Assembly: GCA_965178125.1 (NCBI GenBank)
Contig: OZ237743.1
Span: 372,001 to 436,000, forward strand
Origin: Bilabrum cf. latius
Lineage: Eukaryota
Direction of reading: 5' to 3'
Length of the DNA stretch: 64,000 nucleotides
Below the pieces are notes generated by a model. That model saw only the letters and a list, made by a program, of their open reading frames with translations. It was not told where the DNA came from and ran no database searches. Both the position numbers and the translations under genes were made by a program. Within the stretch, counting starts at the first letter, position 1, and every line of letters starts with the position of its first letter. Of this stretch, positions 46,301-60,086 are shown one piece after another.

Positions 46301-47451
46301 CCGCTCTTCACGATGAGTACCTGCACCGTGGATCCCACACACGCTGCCATGCCGATGGACGACGGCTGTGGGATGAAGGCCCCGCTGGACATGCTGGCCT
46401 TGCCCAGCTGCTGGATGCCGCGCAGCACCTCTATCACAGCGCCAAGGTCAGCTGCAGCCGGCTTGGGGGACGCGAGCTGGTAGGCGAGCTTGTGCCATGC
46501 GGTGTGGGCGAAGCTCCGGGGAGCTCCATACTGGTCGTTGCGATCCGGCCCGGGCGCGTAGCCGTTGATGTCGAGGTGCTGGATGTACTGCAGCCCGCCG
46601 TCCTGGGTCTCTGTGCCTCGGGCCAGTCGGTCGAGGTGGGCGGCGGCAGTTGCGAGGGCGGTCCTCTTGGCCTCTGCTGCCACGAGGCCCCACACCATCT
46701 CGGTGTCCAGGTGGCGGCTGCTGCTTGTCGCGAATGCCGAGGACTGCAGAGCGGCCTGCACCTGGCACAGGGGCTTGAGGACAGGGGCGGCGTTGCCCGG
46801 CAGGCTGGTCATGGCTGCGAGCTTGCGGGCGCATCCAGCCGCGAAGCTCTGCAGGCCGAGCAGGTGAGCGGATGCACCGCTCGAGGTGGCGGCGCCGTCA
46901 GTGTGCTTGATGCCGATGATGCCAGGAGCACCCGCGTGCTGCAGCTCATGCAGCGCTTCGATCAGCCCGCTCGCGGCGTCGTGCATGGCCTTGCCGACCT
47001 CTCTCGGGTCCGTGTCCGTGACGAAGTCGACGAAGCGCTCCGCCGACAGCTCCTGTCCTTGATCCATCCAGTACATCATGTGCTTGCATTGATCATGCGC
47101 AGGCTGGGAGTCGGGCGCTGGAGGCGGATCGTGCTTGGATTTCCCCATTGTGAGAGGCTGCTGATTGTGGGTTCGCGCAGCGTTGGGGCCCGCATCGTCT
47201 GCGATGAGAGCGAAGTCGGCGCAAACATACGATGTATTACTTCATATGATCAGCGAGCTAGCAAAGGAAGCCAATAATCTCTCACTGGCGTCTGACGGCA
47301 TTGCGTCGAGCTTGGGATCAATAACCGACGGAGACTTCTTGAGCTCGGTTGTCCGAGTCCTGCGGCGCACTCGGTGGGCTCTCGATGGCGAGTCACCCAG
47401 AGCTAATGGCAACAGCACTGTGAGCAGACAAAGCGATGCCAGCGTGCGCAT
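43357..47451 (-). CDS. Secreted subtilisin-like (S8) peptidase, copy 2 (intron 47199-47285)
   Basis: VMDMAV, HGTMVA, AAGN, GTSFAAP; continuous frame with TAG=Gln; ends TAA. Confidence 0.85.
45689..45737 (+). repeat. (CACCAG)n Gly-Ala linker repeat in S8 copy 2
   Basis: About 8 units, upstream of the catalytic domain. Confidence 0.9.
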
Positions 47452-48266
47452 GGTAGCTGGAAATGAGTGGTTCTACCGGTCGCATGTGTGATGCGTAGCG
47501 ACCAACTCGGAATATTGCACCTTGACCGGAATGGCGTGCATGGCGCCATGAATATCGGATGATAAGCTTTTAGTTGTAATCATGGTCTATGCACATCGTA
47601 TGAAGGGCACGCATGGAGCCGAGGCATGCATGAGACCTGGGTGGAGGTGAATTCAGATACAAACGCAAAGATGCGATATATTGGGGAACGCTTGGGCTAC
47701 CTGTCCTTCTTCATGGTACGTAGGCAATCTGTGTTTGTTCTATATGTGCGTGTTCGAGTGTCGGTAAGAGCGAGCAGGCGCTATCACTGATTGCTCGAAG
47801 TCTGACCAGGACCCAAGCTGCTGGCAGGAGCAAGTGGGCCCGAAGATCTGCAGCCATGACAAGTGTTGGGGGATTGTATTGTATTAAGCTGATGTGATCG
47901 ATTGTATCGTGGTCCTCCAGCCAGTCGTACTCGTGTCCACTCTTTTGATACCCTCACGAGAACTTGGGCTGCTGCTTGCAGGATACACAATGCCAGCTGC
48001 GCACCTGGTATGAGCGAACACATCAAGCCGCCATCCTTGCACACGCAAGCCGGACCGCAGTACGGTCCCCCACCTGCTTCAGCCCAAGAGCCTCCGCCAG
48101 CTCGCCATCCGTCGTGGCAGCCAGCTCCCATACAGACCGCACATGCTGTTGCCGACACCGTGCTGCGGCATCCGCAAGTCCAAGCGCCCCCAGGAGATCG
48201 CAGGCAGACCCAGAGGGCATGCCAGCAGCAGCCGCAGCAGGCGCATGCTCATGCTCCTACCCGTCG

Positions 48267-48358
48267 CCCTTGCCCTTGCCCTTGCCCTTGCCCTTGCCCT
48301 TACCCTTGCCCTTGCCCTTGCCCTTGCCCTTGCCCTTGCCCTTGCCCTTGCCCTTGCC
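48267..48358 (+). repeat. (GCCCTT)n microsatellite
   Basis: About 15 units with one variant. Confidence 0.95.
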
Positions 48359-49256
48359 CATATGCTGGCTCTCGCCTGGCCCCTTGTCTCGATCCTCCGC
48401 GCTTTCCCCTCCAGCCAACCCTGACCCCTACGACCTGTCCGGCTTGCACAGAGACTTGACGGCCTTGCCCACCAGCGATAGCCCCGATAGGGACTCGCAG
48501 GCAGCGTGGCGGGAATCCAGGAGCCACCACTGCAGCTGCCGAGTCGACATGCCAAGGACAAGGGGCGACGAGGAAGAGACAGGGGTCGCACCCGTCCCAC
48601 TGCCACCAGCAGCACCTACACCTGAAGAGGCGCCTTCGCTGCATCCATCTTGCCCTGCAAGTGCCTCGCGAATCCCATGTGCAAGCGCTCTCGCTTCCTG
48701 CTCCGCCATGCCACCGCCACCAGGCACTGCCTCGGGCATGGCAAACACAACCATCGCCGATGCCAGTCGCAGCACATCGTTGCGAGAGGCGCCGCACAGG
48801 AGCTGTCCCAGCGGAACCATCTCCAGCAGTCCTGTGGCCGTGCCACCTGGCTTGCTTGATTGCCGCAGCCGTGAAGCCATCGCTGTTCCCCCCAGCATCC
48901 ACGGCGCTGCCTGCCTGCAGGAGCAGACGGGAGGACGGCGGCGTGCTTCCCATCGCAGCCGAAGCACCGCTGCCTGCCACCAGCCGGAGAGAAACGTCGC
49001 GCAGGACGTGTGTCCCCACCCCACACAGGCCCACAGCCGCCCATCACATGCTGCTGGTGACCTGATTATCGAGTTCTTCCGACTCCCGCCAGTGACTAGT
49101 AGACCCAGCTACCACGAACCATGACTCATGAAGCGCGCTGCACAGCCAAGTGGCAGCCCAAGCTTGACTCTCAGTCGGACTTTCGTGAGGCTCCGGATGA
49201 GCCAGTTCGTTTGTGTCAGAAACGAACTATTGCAGCAGGCTGCAGTTCTCGCCAAT

Positions 49257-50867
49257 ATGGTGCACTATATGATACAAGAATAGCGCATACCGGATGCCTA
49301 TCGCAGCCCGTACAGAAGCATCACCTCAATGGTGAGGAGCCAAGCAAGTTTCGCTGGTATCATCGCGCATCGCGTCTCGTCTCATACGCGGAGTAATAGT
49401 AAGTCTTGTACATGATAGTATTATATCAGCATGTATTTACTCAAGTCTCTGCAGGTTTCATCTGACGGCATGCACGAGAGCTACAGGGTAGGCAGGAACG
49501 ATTTTGCTCCCGAATGCACGTCGTTTTGGCATTTCCTGTGGGCGATCAGGCAGGGGTACTCCAGCGCCACAATGCCTTCTGGATCGGGCATGGCAGGCTT
49601 CAAGCAGCTGCTGGCACTGCTGCCCTCGGATGGCATCCGGTTGAAGTCGCTGCAGCTGGTTGACGAGACGATCGATGTTCCGACAGCCAGGTTGCTTTGC
49701 GAGATGGTATGTTTGGACGTGGAGGGTCATGGCTTGTCTTGCTTGCATCTGAAGGACTGCATGTGGAAGCCAGGCGCCATGGCAGCACTGGCTCCGTCGA
49801 TGCTGCACTCGGGGAGGTCGAATCGTCTGGATGCACTCCTCTTGCAGAGCACTACTGGCGAGCAATCGGTGAAAGGAGCCCCTCAGGATCTGTTCGAGTC
49901 GCTCGGGTAGGTGCTAGGAGACTCGCGGTGCAGCTTGTATGCGCTGAGTCTGGTGGGCATGCTCGGGTGGGACTCTTGGTCTGATACCACTGAAGGGCCA
50001 GCCTATGTTGGCCTGTATCGGCGGAATGCCCCGATAGCGAAGGGCATGCTGAGCAACAGAAGCATTCGGTATTTGTCGACTGGGGACTGCGTGGTGAACA
50101 CAGAGCAGCTGGTCGCGTGGGCCGATGCTCTGGCCAAGCATCGCTGGTTACGGCAACTGCTGATTTCCTTCCTGCCAAACTCGCCCCAAGAATTTGTCGC
50201 TTTCGGGGGTTCTGTAGCTAGGATTGTGCGCGAGAGCGTTAGCATCAGGCACATGATGCTATTTTACGACATTGAGCAATATTGGAGGCCTGAACTGCCA
50301 CCATTGGACCTGTTGCGGGCTGCAGTGAGGCAGAACAGGGCGCTGCTGTCGATGTCGATTGGATGGAATGGCAGTGAGTATCACAGAAGGCTTCAGTAGT
50401 TCAATCGTCAGCATAACATGAATTTGGAGGCGGTGGTGGCCAATCCCCGCATGGTGTTCTACGACTGGTGCACGTTAATCACTACCTACAAGAATGAGAA
50501 TGTCGAGCCAGTGATGTTGCCCCGGCTCCAGCAGTACCAATCCAGGCAGTCCAGGCTGTGGGCCTTGGTACAGCATAGGACAGCTGCGCAGGCTCACCGG
50601 GATGCGAGGCTAGTGTGGCGAGCTGCAGCAGAGGGCAGGCCTCTAGAGCTCGCGAAGCGACTGCGGCTCGGGGTGATGGCAGGTGGGGCAGAACGGAAAG
50701 GGCTCGTGTCAGGCAGATTATTAAACGCGACGCAAGCAGCGGAGGCAGGTGGGCACATGGAATGCGCTCTGCTGGTGCGCCGGTCAGTAGCGCGGGAGCT
50801 GAACCGACGGGCAGTGTATTTTGGCAAGTTGGGATGCGTGCCAGGGTGTTCGTGCCTGGTGCTTTGA
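49257..50867 (+). CDS. RNI-like LRR/ankyrin-like protein, copy b (5' structure uncertain; intron ending 49456)
   Basis: Paralog of copies a and c; joined across TAGs at 49908 and 50397. Confidence 0.65.
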
Positions 50868-51281
50868 GCTGCAGCTTTCTCCCAGAACCACGTTTACATA
50901 GCCACACAATAATGTGCAGCGCCATGGTGAGGACAGCAGATGTAAGTGCATCCCAGTGGGCAAGTGCAGCCGGACGGTCACTGCAACAAGGAAGTAGCCA
51001 ACGATGGCGAGCAAGAGGAACCCGGGGACCGGTTGAGGCAGGATTAAAAGGTATCGGATGCGTGGCGCGGTGAGTCGCGTGGGGAGGAAATAGACGATAG
51101 GATAGGATAATATTGCGGAGAGAATCGTTCACTTGGCAAGGTATGTGGATGGCAGGCGAGTCGCCAGAAGCAGAGACCCCACGGGCCCGGCAGGTACGGA
51201 TACCATGTAGATTGGATAGTCACCTGTGCAATCGCGCTTGGTAGCCAATGTACAAAGAAAGTTTGCCACTGCAAAGACCAG

Positions 51282-54200
51282 TCACGAGCTTTCAGGGACT
51301 TTAACACTGGTTTGCCAGACAAGCTTGCTCGGCAGGGACCAGGTGAAGTACCCACTCGGGGGACGCACGTGGATGTACATCTTGTCAGTCACAGGCGACT
51401 TCACGAACCACCGCGCCCTCTCTTCTGAAACCTTGCATGACCTATACTTGGACATCGGCGTCCCGCGCAAGCCAGGCGCATCCTCCAGCGGTGCCCAGTG
51501 AGCCTGAAATGAGAAGGTGACAGGCCAGGCAGCGGGATCAGCGATGAAGCTTGAGCAAGCAGGTATCTTCACGTTGATTGAAGCAAAGAAGCCTTTCTGC
51601 ACTCCATCCAGCACCCATGGGCAGTCGTCGTAGAGCTCCACCACGGCCTCAAAAGGACCGCCAACAGACAGAATAGCACTTGATGCGGGGTAGCAGAGCG
51701 AGACGGATACGGTGGTGAACGACTCTGTTCGAGAGTAAGCTGCATTGCATTGCACGTTGCCGCTTTGGTGCGGCTGCGCGGCTAATATGCTGTTCGGGTC
51801 GGCGCCATCGCGATCCCTATCTCCGTCCCCTCGAACAACTCCAGCAGCACCATCAGCACTAGCAGCACCACCTGCACCTTCAGTACTGGCAGTCGCCCCA
51901 GTAGCTGCACCATGAGCGACTCCACCAGAACTAGGAGCCCCGGCACCGAAACTCCCTTTTTCAGTGTGAGCAGGAGCAGGTGCTCCTTCAACGACGCCAC
52001 CACCGGTCTGCAAAGCTCGAAACATGTCGTAGCTAAGCTCAACGGCGACAAGCAAACCACCACTGTGTAGTCCTAGCACTCTCTAGGCGGTGATAGCTGA
52101 GGCAGAGGACGGGATCTAAGGCGTGTGCTCACCGTCCAATACGGCGACAACTCCAGTCTTTTCCAGCAAGTTAATGCGCAACTACGGGTGGCTACCCGGG
52201 TCATGCGAGCCATCGGTATCACCACGTCCGCCTCCAGTGACAGTGCTTGCACTCATTGCAACCGGCTCTAGCTGTATCTCAAGGCTCGGGCTGTTCTCTG
52301 CATCTCTACATTTTTTGGCTCGAAGTCGCTGAAAGCAGCCGCAGTGGCAAGTCTTGTACACGTTGTGACAGGCTTGCTATCCAGTGTCGCCATCAGACGC
52401 TGGACACTGCGAGCACTCCTACGGCAAAACTGCGTCAGCAGGGACACGCCACCGGTCCTGCTACTCCACTGCGCCAAGGATGATATTGGGATTGCCATCA
52501 ATGAGGGTTAGGCGGAGTCTCTCAGAAGCTGTCACCGTACGTGTAGCAGTAGGGTATGGCACTGGTAGAACCGCTTCCTCTAGTTCAGCATCTCGAGCGT
52601 TCGCATGAAGCAGGTGAATAGCCGGGCCACTGTCAGCTCGAAGGATTTGCAGGCCTGATGCCATGATTGTGAGGGCCCTGGCCACCTTTGGGGCTGCGTA
52701 TGAGGTTCCTCGGGACTGGCCTGTTCGAACTGCGACAGAGTATACGTCGTCCTCAACCGGATTTGGGTCAACACGCCCACCAGCACACCCGGGAGTAGGT
52801 GCACGTCCGTCGCTCTCCCGCGGGCATGTGCCGCTTTTTTCTAGTGCTATATCTGGAGTTGCTTCCTCATTCGCAAATATTGTCACTTCAGGGCCCCAGT
52901 TTGACATCCATGACATGCGAATTTCTCCGCGAGTGGTAGAGCGTGGATCGTACGCCTCAGCAGAACCGACACAAATGGTCGTGGACAAAACGCAAGGCGT
53001 TGTGACCCTCCCTTCCTCACGTGTCGCTCTTGGCGAGGCCGGAAGGGGGCTCCGAATGACTTGAAAGCCGTTGTTGCCTGCCGCAACAGACGCCACAAAA
53101 CCAAAGTCACGAAGTATATGCAGGGACCTGTCGTGCTCCTTGATCGCTGGGTCGCCAGCCTTTGTGTCGATCTCTACGGAGATTTGGACCACTCCAAGCA
53201 TGGACCCCTTTCTAAATGCGGACCCACGGGCGGCTTTGATGACGGCCTGAATGCGCTGTGCCATCCCCTCGACGACGGCCAAACCCCATCCGATAAATGT
53301 CTAGCGGCTGCCAGGCGGTGAGGAATCTGATGAGCCACACCGGGCTCCTACGTCAGGCTAATGGGGAAGAGTCAGCTGCATCTCGGTGCACTTTCCTATA
53401 GCATCCCACCTGTGACTGTCAATCTTGATCGGAACCACGATCGAATGGGTGCCTCTTGCTGCCTCGGTCGCCACCTTGGTCCCGTGGGTGTCTCTGATAT
53501 CATAGGGCATGTAGGCCTTGCCTTCGCGGCCAGGTACTGGCTTTGAGGATTCAGCAGGAACCGCATCTGGCTCCCTCATGGCTGCACCTCGTGCTACTCG
53601 ACTCGTGGACCCTGGCTCCACGTGACCGCCCGCAATCACGAAGATCTCTTCCTCCAGTCCAGTGAAGTCTCGGTTCAGCTGAAACTCCTCGTACGTGTAC
53701 ACGACCGCTTCGTCCAGCACAAAGACAACCTGGTACTGACTCATTGCGCTGACAACCTAGTCATCGATCTCACCTGCATCGGCAACATCGGTAGGATCCG
53801 TTTCGCCAGCATCGGCATCCTCACCGCCAGCAACAGCAGTAGCAGACGAAGCTGAAGCACCTGCATCAGCTGCTGCTGCAGCCGCTCCTCCAGCGCCAAC
53901 ATCGCTTGCAGCACGATCTCGTACTGGAGGATCGTCTAGGCGATAGAATGGGTTTACAATTGAGTACTCAGCTACGCCATCGCCTGCACCACTGCTTCGG
54001 TCGCCCGCTGAAGCAGCACCACCGGAGGCAGAACCTGTGCCTGCACCAGCATGACTGTCGGCTGAGGATGCTCCAGTCCCAGCCGAGCTGACAGGTGGCA
54101 CTGGCTTGTGCACGCCATCAAGCAATGGAACACTCCCAGCCTTTGATAGTTCTGAGGTCTGAACAAGCTCAACTCCAGTCACGCTGCTTTTGCCATTTGA

Positions 54201-55532
54201 AGAGACAGCTCGTGGTCTATGCTGCGACAAACTAGCTACGTCGTGCAGCTGCGAATGTGGCCGCACAGTTTCTACCGTACTAGCGGTTCTACCGGAGCAG
54301 TCACAGCCAGAGCACGACTCCTCGCTGCCGCGCAGACCTGCCAGCTTCACGGGGTGGTCAGGGTAGTGCGCCCGCACCAGCCCGCTCTTCACGATGAGTG
54401 CCTGCACCGTGGATCCCACACACGCTGCCATGCCGATGGACGACGGCTGCGGGATGAAGGCCCCGCTGGACATGCTGGCCTTGCCCAGCTGCTGGATGCC
54501 GCGCAGCACCTCTAGCACGGCGCCAAGGTCAGCTGCAGCCGGCTTGGGGGACGCGAGCTGGAAGGCGAGCTTGCGCCATGCGGTGTGGGCGAAGCTCCGG
54601 GGAGCTCCATGCTGGTCGTTGCGATCCGGTCCGGGCGCGTAGCCGTTGATGTCGAGGTGCTGGATGTACTGCAGCCCGCCGTCCTGGGTCTCTGTGCCTC
54701 GGGCCAGTCGGTCGAGGTGGGCGGCGGCAGTAGCGAGGGCGGTCCTCTTGGCCTCTGCTGCCACGAGGCCCCACACCGTCTCGGTGTCCGGGTGGCGGCT
54801 GCTGCTCGTCGCGAATGCCGAGGACTGCAGAACGGCCTGCACCTGGCACAGGGGCTTGAGGACAGGGGCGGCGTTGCCCGGCAGGCTGGTCATGGCAGCG
54901 AGCTTGCGGGCGCATCCAGCCGCGAAGCTCTGCAGGCCGAGCAGGTGAGCGGATGCACCGCTCGAGGTGGCGGCGCCGTCCGTGTGCTTGATGCCGTCGG
55001 CATCAGGATGATCCTTGTGCTGCAGCTCATGCAGCGCTTCGATCAGCCCGCTCGCGGCGTCGTGCATGGCTTTGCCGACCTCTCTCGGGTCCGTGTCCGT
55101 GACGAAGTCGACGAAGCGCTCCGCCGACAGCTCCTGTCCTTGATCCATCCAGTACATCATGTGCTTGCATTGATCATGCGCAGGCTGGGAGTCGGGCGCT
55201 GGAGGCGGATCGTGCTTGGATTTCCCCTTTGTGAGAGGCTGCTGATTGTGGGTTCCCGCGGCGTTGGGGCCCGCATCGTCTGCGATGAGAGCGAAGTCGG
55301 CACAAGCATACGATGTATTACTTCGTATGATCAGCGAGCTAGCAAAGGAGGCCAATGATCTCTCACTGGTGTCTGACGGCATTGCGTCGAGCTTGGGATC
55401 AATAACCGACGGAGACTTCTTGAGCTCGGTTGTCCGAGTCCTGCGGCGCACTCGGTGGGCTCTCGATGGTGAGTCACCCAGAGCTAATGGCAACAGCACT
55501 GTGAGCAGACAAAGCGATGCCAGCGTGCGCAT
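51282..55532 (-). CDS. Secreted subtilisin-like (S8) peptidase, copy 3 (intron 55280-55366)
   Basis: VLDEAV, HGTKVA, AAGN, GTSYAAP; fragments share one frame; ends TGA. Confidence 0.85.
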
Positions 55533-56154
55533 GGTAGCTGGAAATGAGTGGTTCTACCGGTCGCATGCGTGATGCGTAGCGACCAACTCGGAATATTGCA
55601 CCTTGACCAGACGCCGCGGCCGGGCCGAAGCAGAAGCCCGCGGCGCCATCTGCCGTAGCAGTCTTGTCTGCAGTGCCTTGTTGACATAATTGTACCTCTT
55701 TAGGGGCTTCCTTTCTCCGTCCCTCATCCTTACGGTGCTTTCAACCGCTGGCAATCCGGTCCTGCACCATATCTCCTCTATCTCCTTTTGCTCTCCCCTC
55801 AACTTCCGCTCATCAACCACAAGAGTTGATCATGCCGACAAGCATGTTCTCCGCCATCTCAGCACCTGACAACGTGCATGGTACTTATTCCATGCACTCT
55901 CCAGAGTGTCCAGGAATCCACTCAGTTCCTGCCGCCCCCTCCTTGATCCTCTGCACTACCTACCTCATCCTGGGAATTGTTGCTCCCTTGGATAACTCAG
56001 TCAGCTCTAACTTCCAGTGTTTCTCGTCCCGTGGGGATCGTCCATCCACCTCCTGAAACCATCTCCACGATGCAAACGATTTGATTCTCCTTCTCCACCG
56101 GAGGCACCGAAATCTTTACATTTCTTGCCGCCGCTATCTGCAGGCTTTGCTGGC

Positions 56155-57773
56155 ATGGTCGACTTCATTATACAAGAATGGCCAAGATCTTATACATATG
56201 AGAGCCCGTACAGAAGCATCACCTCGATCGTGAGGCGGTTCGCTGTCTCAAGACATCTTGCTCATTTTACCCGAGAGGAGCCCGCTGCACCGCATGTCTG
56301 TTGAAAGTCAAGTTCCTATCTAAAACTAGAGTGCGCCTTGATTTGTCGCAGTTTTCATCTGACGGCATGCACGAGAGCCGTAGGGTAGGCAGGAACGATT
56401 TTGCTCCCGAGTGCGGATCGCTCCAGCAGTTGCTGGAGGCCATCAGGCAGGGGTACTCCAGCGCCACAATGCCTTCCGGATCGGGCATGGCAGGCTTGAA
56501 GCAGCTGCTAGCGCTGCTGCCTTCGGATGGCATCCGGTTGAAGTCGCTGCGGCTGGTTGACGAGACGATCGATGTTCCGACAGCCAGGTTGCTTTGCGAG
56601 ATGGTATGTTTGGACGTGGAGGGCCATGGGTTGTCTTGCTTGCATCTGAAGGACTGCATGTGGAAGCCAGGCGCCATGGCAGCACTGGCTCCGTCGATGC
56701 TGCACTCGGGAAGGTCGAATCGTCTGGAAGCACTCCTATTGCAGAGCACTTCTGGCGAGCAATCGGTGAAAGCAGCCCCTCAGGATCTGTTCGAGTCGCT
56801 CGGGTAGGTGCTAGGAGACTGGCGCTGCAGCTTGTATGCGCTGAGCCTGGTGGGCATGCTCGGATGGAATCACCGATATGGTCCGGTTCAAGGTGTGGAC
56901 TGGACTTGCATGTATCGGCGCAATGCCTCGGTGGCCAGGGGCATGCTTAGAAACACAAGCATTCGGTATTTGTCGACTGGGGACTGCATAGTTGACACAG
57001 AGCAGCTGGTCGCGTGGGCCGATGCTCTGGCCAAGCATCGCTGGTTGCGGCAGCTTCTTGTGTCGTTTTACCCCGTGTCGCGTGAAGCCCTCATTGCGGT
57101 CGGTGAACCGGCGGCAAAGATCGTGCGTGAGAGCGTGAGCATCAGGCACCTGATGCTGTTCTATGACATGTGTGAAAGATGGTTGTCGGTGCCGCCTCCG
57201 TTGGACCTGCTACGAGCTGCCATCAGGCAGAACAGAGCGCTGCTATCGATCTCCATCGGGACTGATGGAGGAGAGTACAGCGGTAATGAGGATGAACTTG
57301 ATGTGGAGCACGACAAGAATCTTGATGCCGTGGTGGCCAATCCCCGGATCGTGTTCTACGACTGGTGCACCATAAATATGACGCACTTTAATGACAGCGT
57401 GGAAGTAGTCATGGTCCCTCGATTATAGCAGTACCAATCCAGACAGTCCAGGCTGTGGGCCCTGGTACAGCATAGGACCGCTGCGCAGGCTCACCGGGAT
57501 GCGAGGCTAGTGTGGCGAGCTGCAGCGGAGGGCAGGCCCCTAGAGTTGGCGAAGCGACTGAGGCTGGGGGTGATGGCAGGTGGAGCTGAACAAGAGATGC
57601 TAGTTTCAGGTAGGCGGCTAAATGCGGTGCAAGCAGCGGAGGCAGGGGAGCACAGTGAGTGCGCTCTGCTAGTGCGCAGGTCAGTCGCACGAGAGTTGAA
57701 CCGACGTGCGATTCGTTTTGCCAACGATGACACATCTGAAGAAGTATCCTCATGCAGCTGCATGTTGCTCTGA
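56155..57773 (+). CDS. RNI-like LRR/ankyrin-like protein, copy c
   Basis: Near-identical to copy a. Confidence 0.65.
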
Positions 57774-58839
57774 GAACTTAGACTACAGATCAGATTTGTT
57801 CCTTCAATCATACCCATTGGCTCATGTTTACGGCTGCTGCCGTCCCTTCTGGTTGGCAGCTACCAAAAAGAAAATATCCTTGCCCACGGTCTCGCGGACC
57901 CACTGGGCTTCACCCTGAACGGCTGGTTCTTCACCAGTCCACCTGAATGCTATACCCGGTATTCATCTGACACTACGAATGTACACACCACTTTCTCAAT
58001 GCATGTCGACTGGCCTCGTCGCTTCAGGGCTTCTCGTTCCCGTGTACTGCCCTAAGGTCCGTGTGCGCCGCACCCTGCATCGCCAGCTCGACACTATCCT
58101 CTCAGCTTACACGTACAGGTCATGGCTGACCTTCTATTCGTCCCGTCTACCCGCCCGCCTTTTGGCATCTTCTGCGCGCTGCTGGCCATGCAGCCCGCCG
58201 CCGCTTGCGTAGCCCTCGTGCCTGGCACCTGAAGCCCCTCTCTCCCGTTGTGTCCTCCCCTTGACACAACAGTCGTCGGCTGTGCTGGTGTCCCCTCGTG
58301 TTCCTCTTTGCCTCACCGCCGCCCACCTTGACTTCCGGAATCATCTCTGGTCTCCATCGCTTCAATCCTGATGTCCTAGTGCATATACCAGCGCTTCTGC
58401 CGGGGGGGGACAACAGGTGGTGGTAGGTACACCAAGCGTTTAGGACGAGGGCTACGCTACGCTCGCCCCTCCTTTAAAGGCATATTTAGCAACTCAAGTG
58501 TTTCCCCTATAAACCTAAATGATTTCACAGGGGGTTCCCCAAGAACCCCTATAGAACCCCTCTATGTACCCATTTTCAGATATAAAATTTACTCCTACGA
58601 AGTAGGGGTAAATTGAAGAATTCTAATATTTAACCCCCTTATAAACTCTAACAGCAAAGACAGAGATGTTTTAGTAAAGTAGGAAAAAATGAAGAAATTA
58701 ACCAAGTGTCCAAAATATCTCTGTGTTTGCTGTAGGAACGGAAGGATGAATTCCCAAGAGACCAAGAGACCAACCGAGGATTTCCCCAAGAGAACAAGGT
58801 ATTTTATCAAGAGACCGAGGTATGTTCCCAAGCGACAAA

Positions 58840-59620
58840 CCGATAAACCGACCGATGAACCGACCGATGAACCGACCAAGGATTTCCCAAGGATTTCCCA
58901 AGGATTTCCCAAGGATTTCCCAAGGATTTCCCAAGGATTTCCCAAGCGACTAAATTGTTCTCCGAAGCAACCAAACCGATTACCCAAGAGATGATACATT
59001 ATAAGGAAAACGAAAACGTATTTTAAGTCCCTTTGGAAAAGTCCCCCAAGATGCTCGGGCTTTGCCCTCCGCTCTTTTGATATCTTTTTCAAAGATTAAA
59101 ATTGAGAGATTTTACAGGTCAATTTTAAGAGACTTAGAAAGAATAAATATATTTTCCAATTAAAATTAAATGTTGTAATTCCTATGATGCCACCATAAAA
59201 ATTAAAAGGAAAACGAAAACGTATTTTAAGTCCCTTTCGAAAAGTCCCCAAAAAACTTGTCAATTTTACAGGTCAATTATAAGAGACTTAGAAAAAATAA
59301 ATTAAGTTCCCTATTAAAATTAAATGTTGTAATTCCTATGATGCCACCATAAAAATTAAAAGGAAAATAAAAAACAAATTATAATTGTTTTCCAATTAAA
59401 AACACAAAAATTGATTGAAAAATTTTGACAATATAGGATACAAAGAAATATTAAAATTAATTTTCCAAGATGCTCGGGCTTTGCCCTCCGCTCTTTTGAT
59501 ATCTTTTTCAAAGATTAAAAATAAATGTTGTAATTCCTATGATGCCACCATAAAAATTAAAAGGAAAATAAAAAACAAATTATAGAATATTAAAATTAAT
59601 TTTCCAAGGATTTCCCAAGA
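58840..59620. repeat. Repetitive terminal region (probable TIR) of element C
   Basis: (GATTTCCCAAG)x6 at ~58880-58946; ACCGATGAACCG repeats; ~45-55-bp direct repeats near 59165/59320/59522 and 59047/59466. Confidence 0.8.
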
Positions 59621-59801
59621 GATGATAATTTAAGCCATTCTATATCACTATAGTAAATGAACCCATTTTTAAAGGAGTTGATGATAGAGCATATTGTCAA
59701 GCAAATTAATCCACGTATTTGGAAAAAATTACACGAAAAACTAAAGGAATACAAGAAGCTCGGGCTTTGATATAAGTAGAAGACTATACTATAAAGTACT
59801 T

Positions 59802-60086
59802 ATGAAGCCACATACCTACGATTTTGAAAAGGTTGTTGAAAATTTTCAATTTAAAGCACCCTCAAGACGCAAGAATAAGAAGTATGATGTTTTTGACGAA
59901 AATGATGAATATATTACATCGTTTGGTGATAGGCGGTATTAGCAATTTTACGATAGAATAGGGTATTACAGCCATTTAAATCATTTAGATACGGACCGCC
60001 AATTTAGATACTTCAAACGACACGGTATCGAAGTAAAACCAAGAACCCCAAAGTTCTTCTCACATTTTTACCTTTGGAGTTCATAA
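59802..60086 (+). CDS. Small conserved viral protein (KKY...SFGDRRYQ...RH...LW)
   Basis: 94 aa with one in-frame TAG; homolog of 12825-13163. Confidence 0.7.

Noticed and set aside
2892-57773. Reading the many TAG-broken ORFs as pseudogenes
   Set aside because: The breaks checked are all TAG, stay in frame and map to Gln; decay would also give TAA, TGA and frameshifts.
58595-59092. ORFs over the GATTTCCCAAG repeats (also 354-746)
   Set aside because: Translations merely reflect terminal repeats; no protein motifs.
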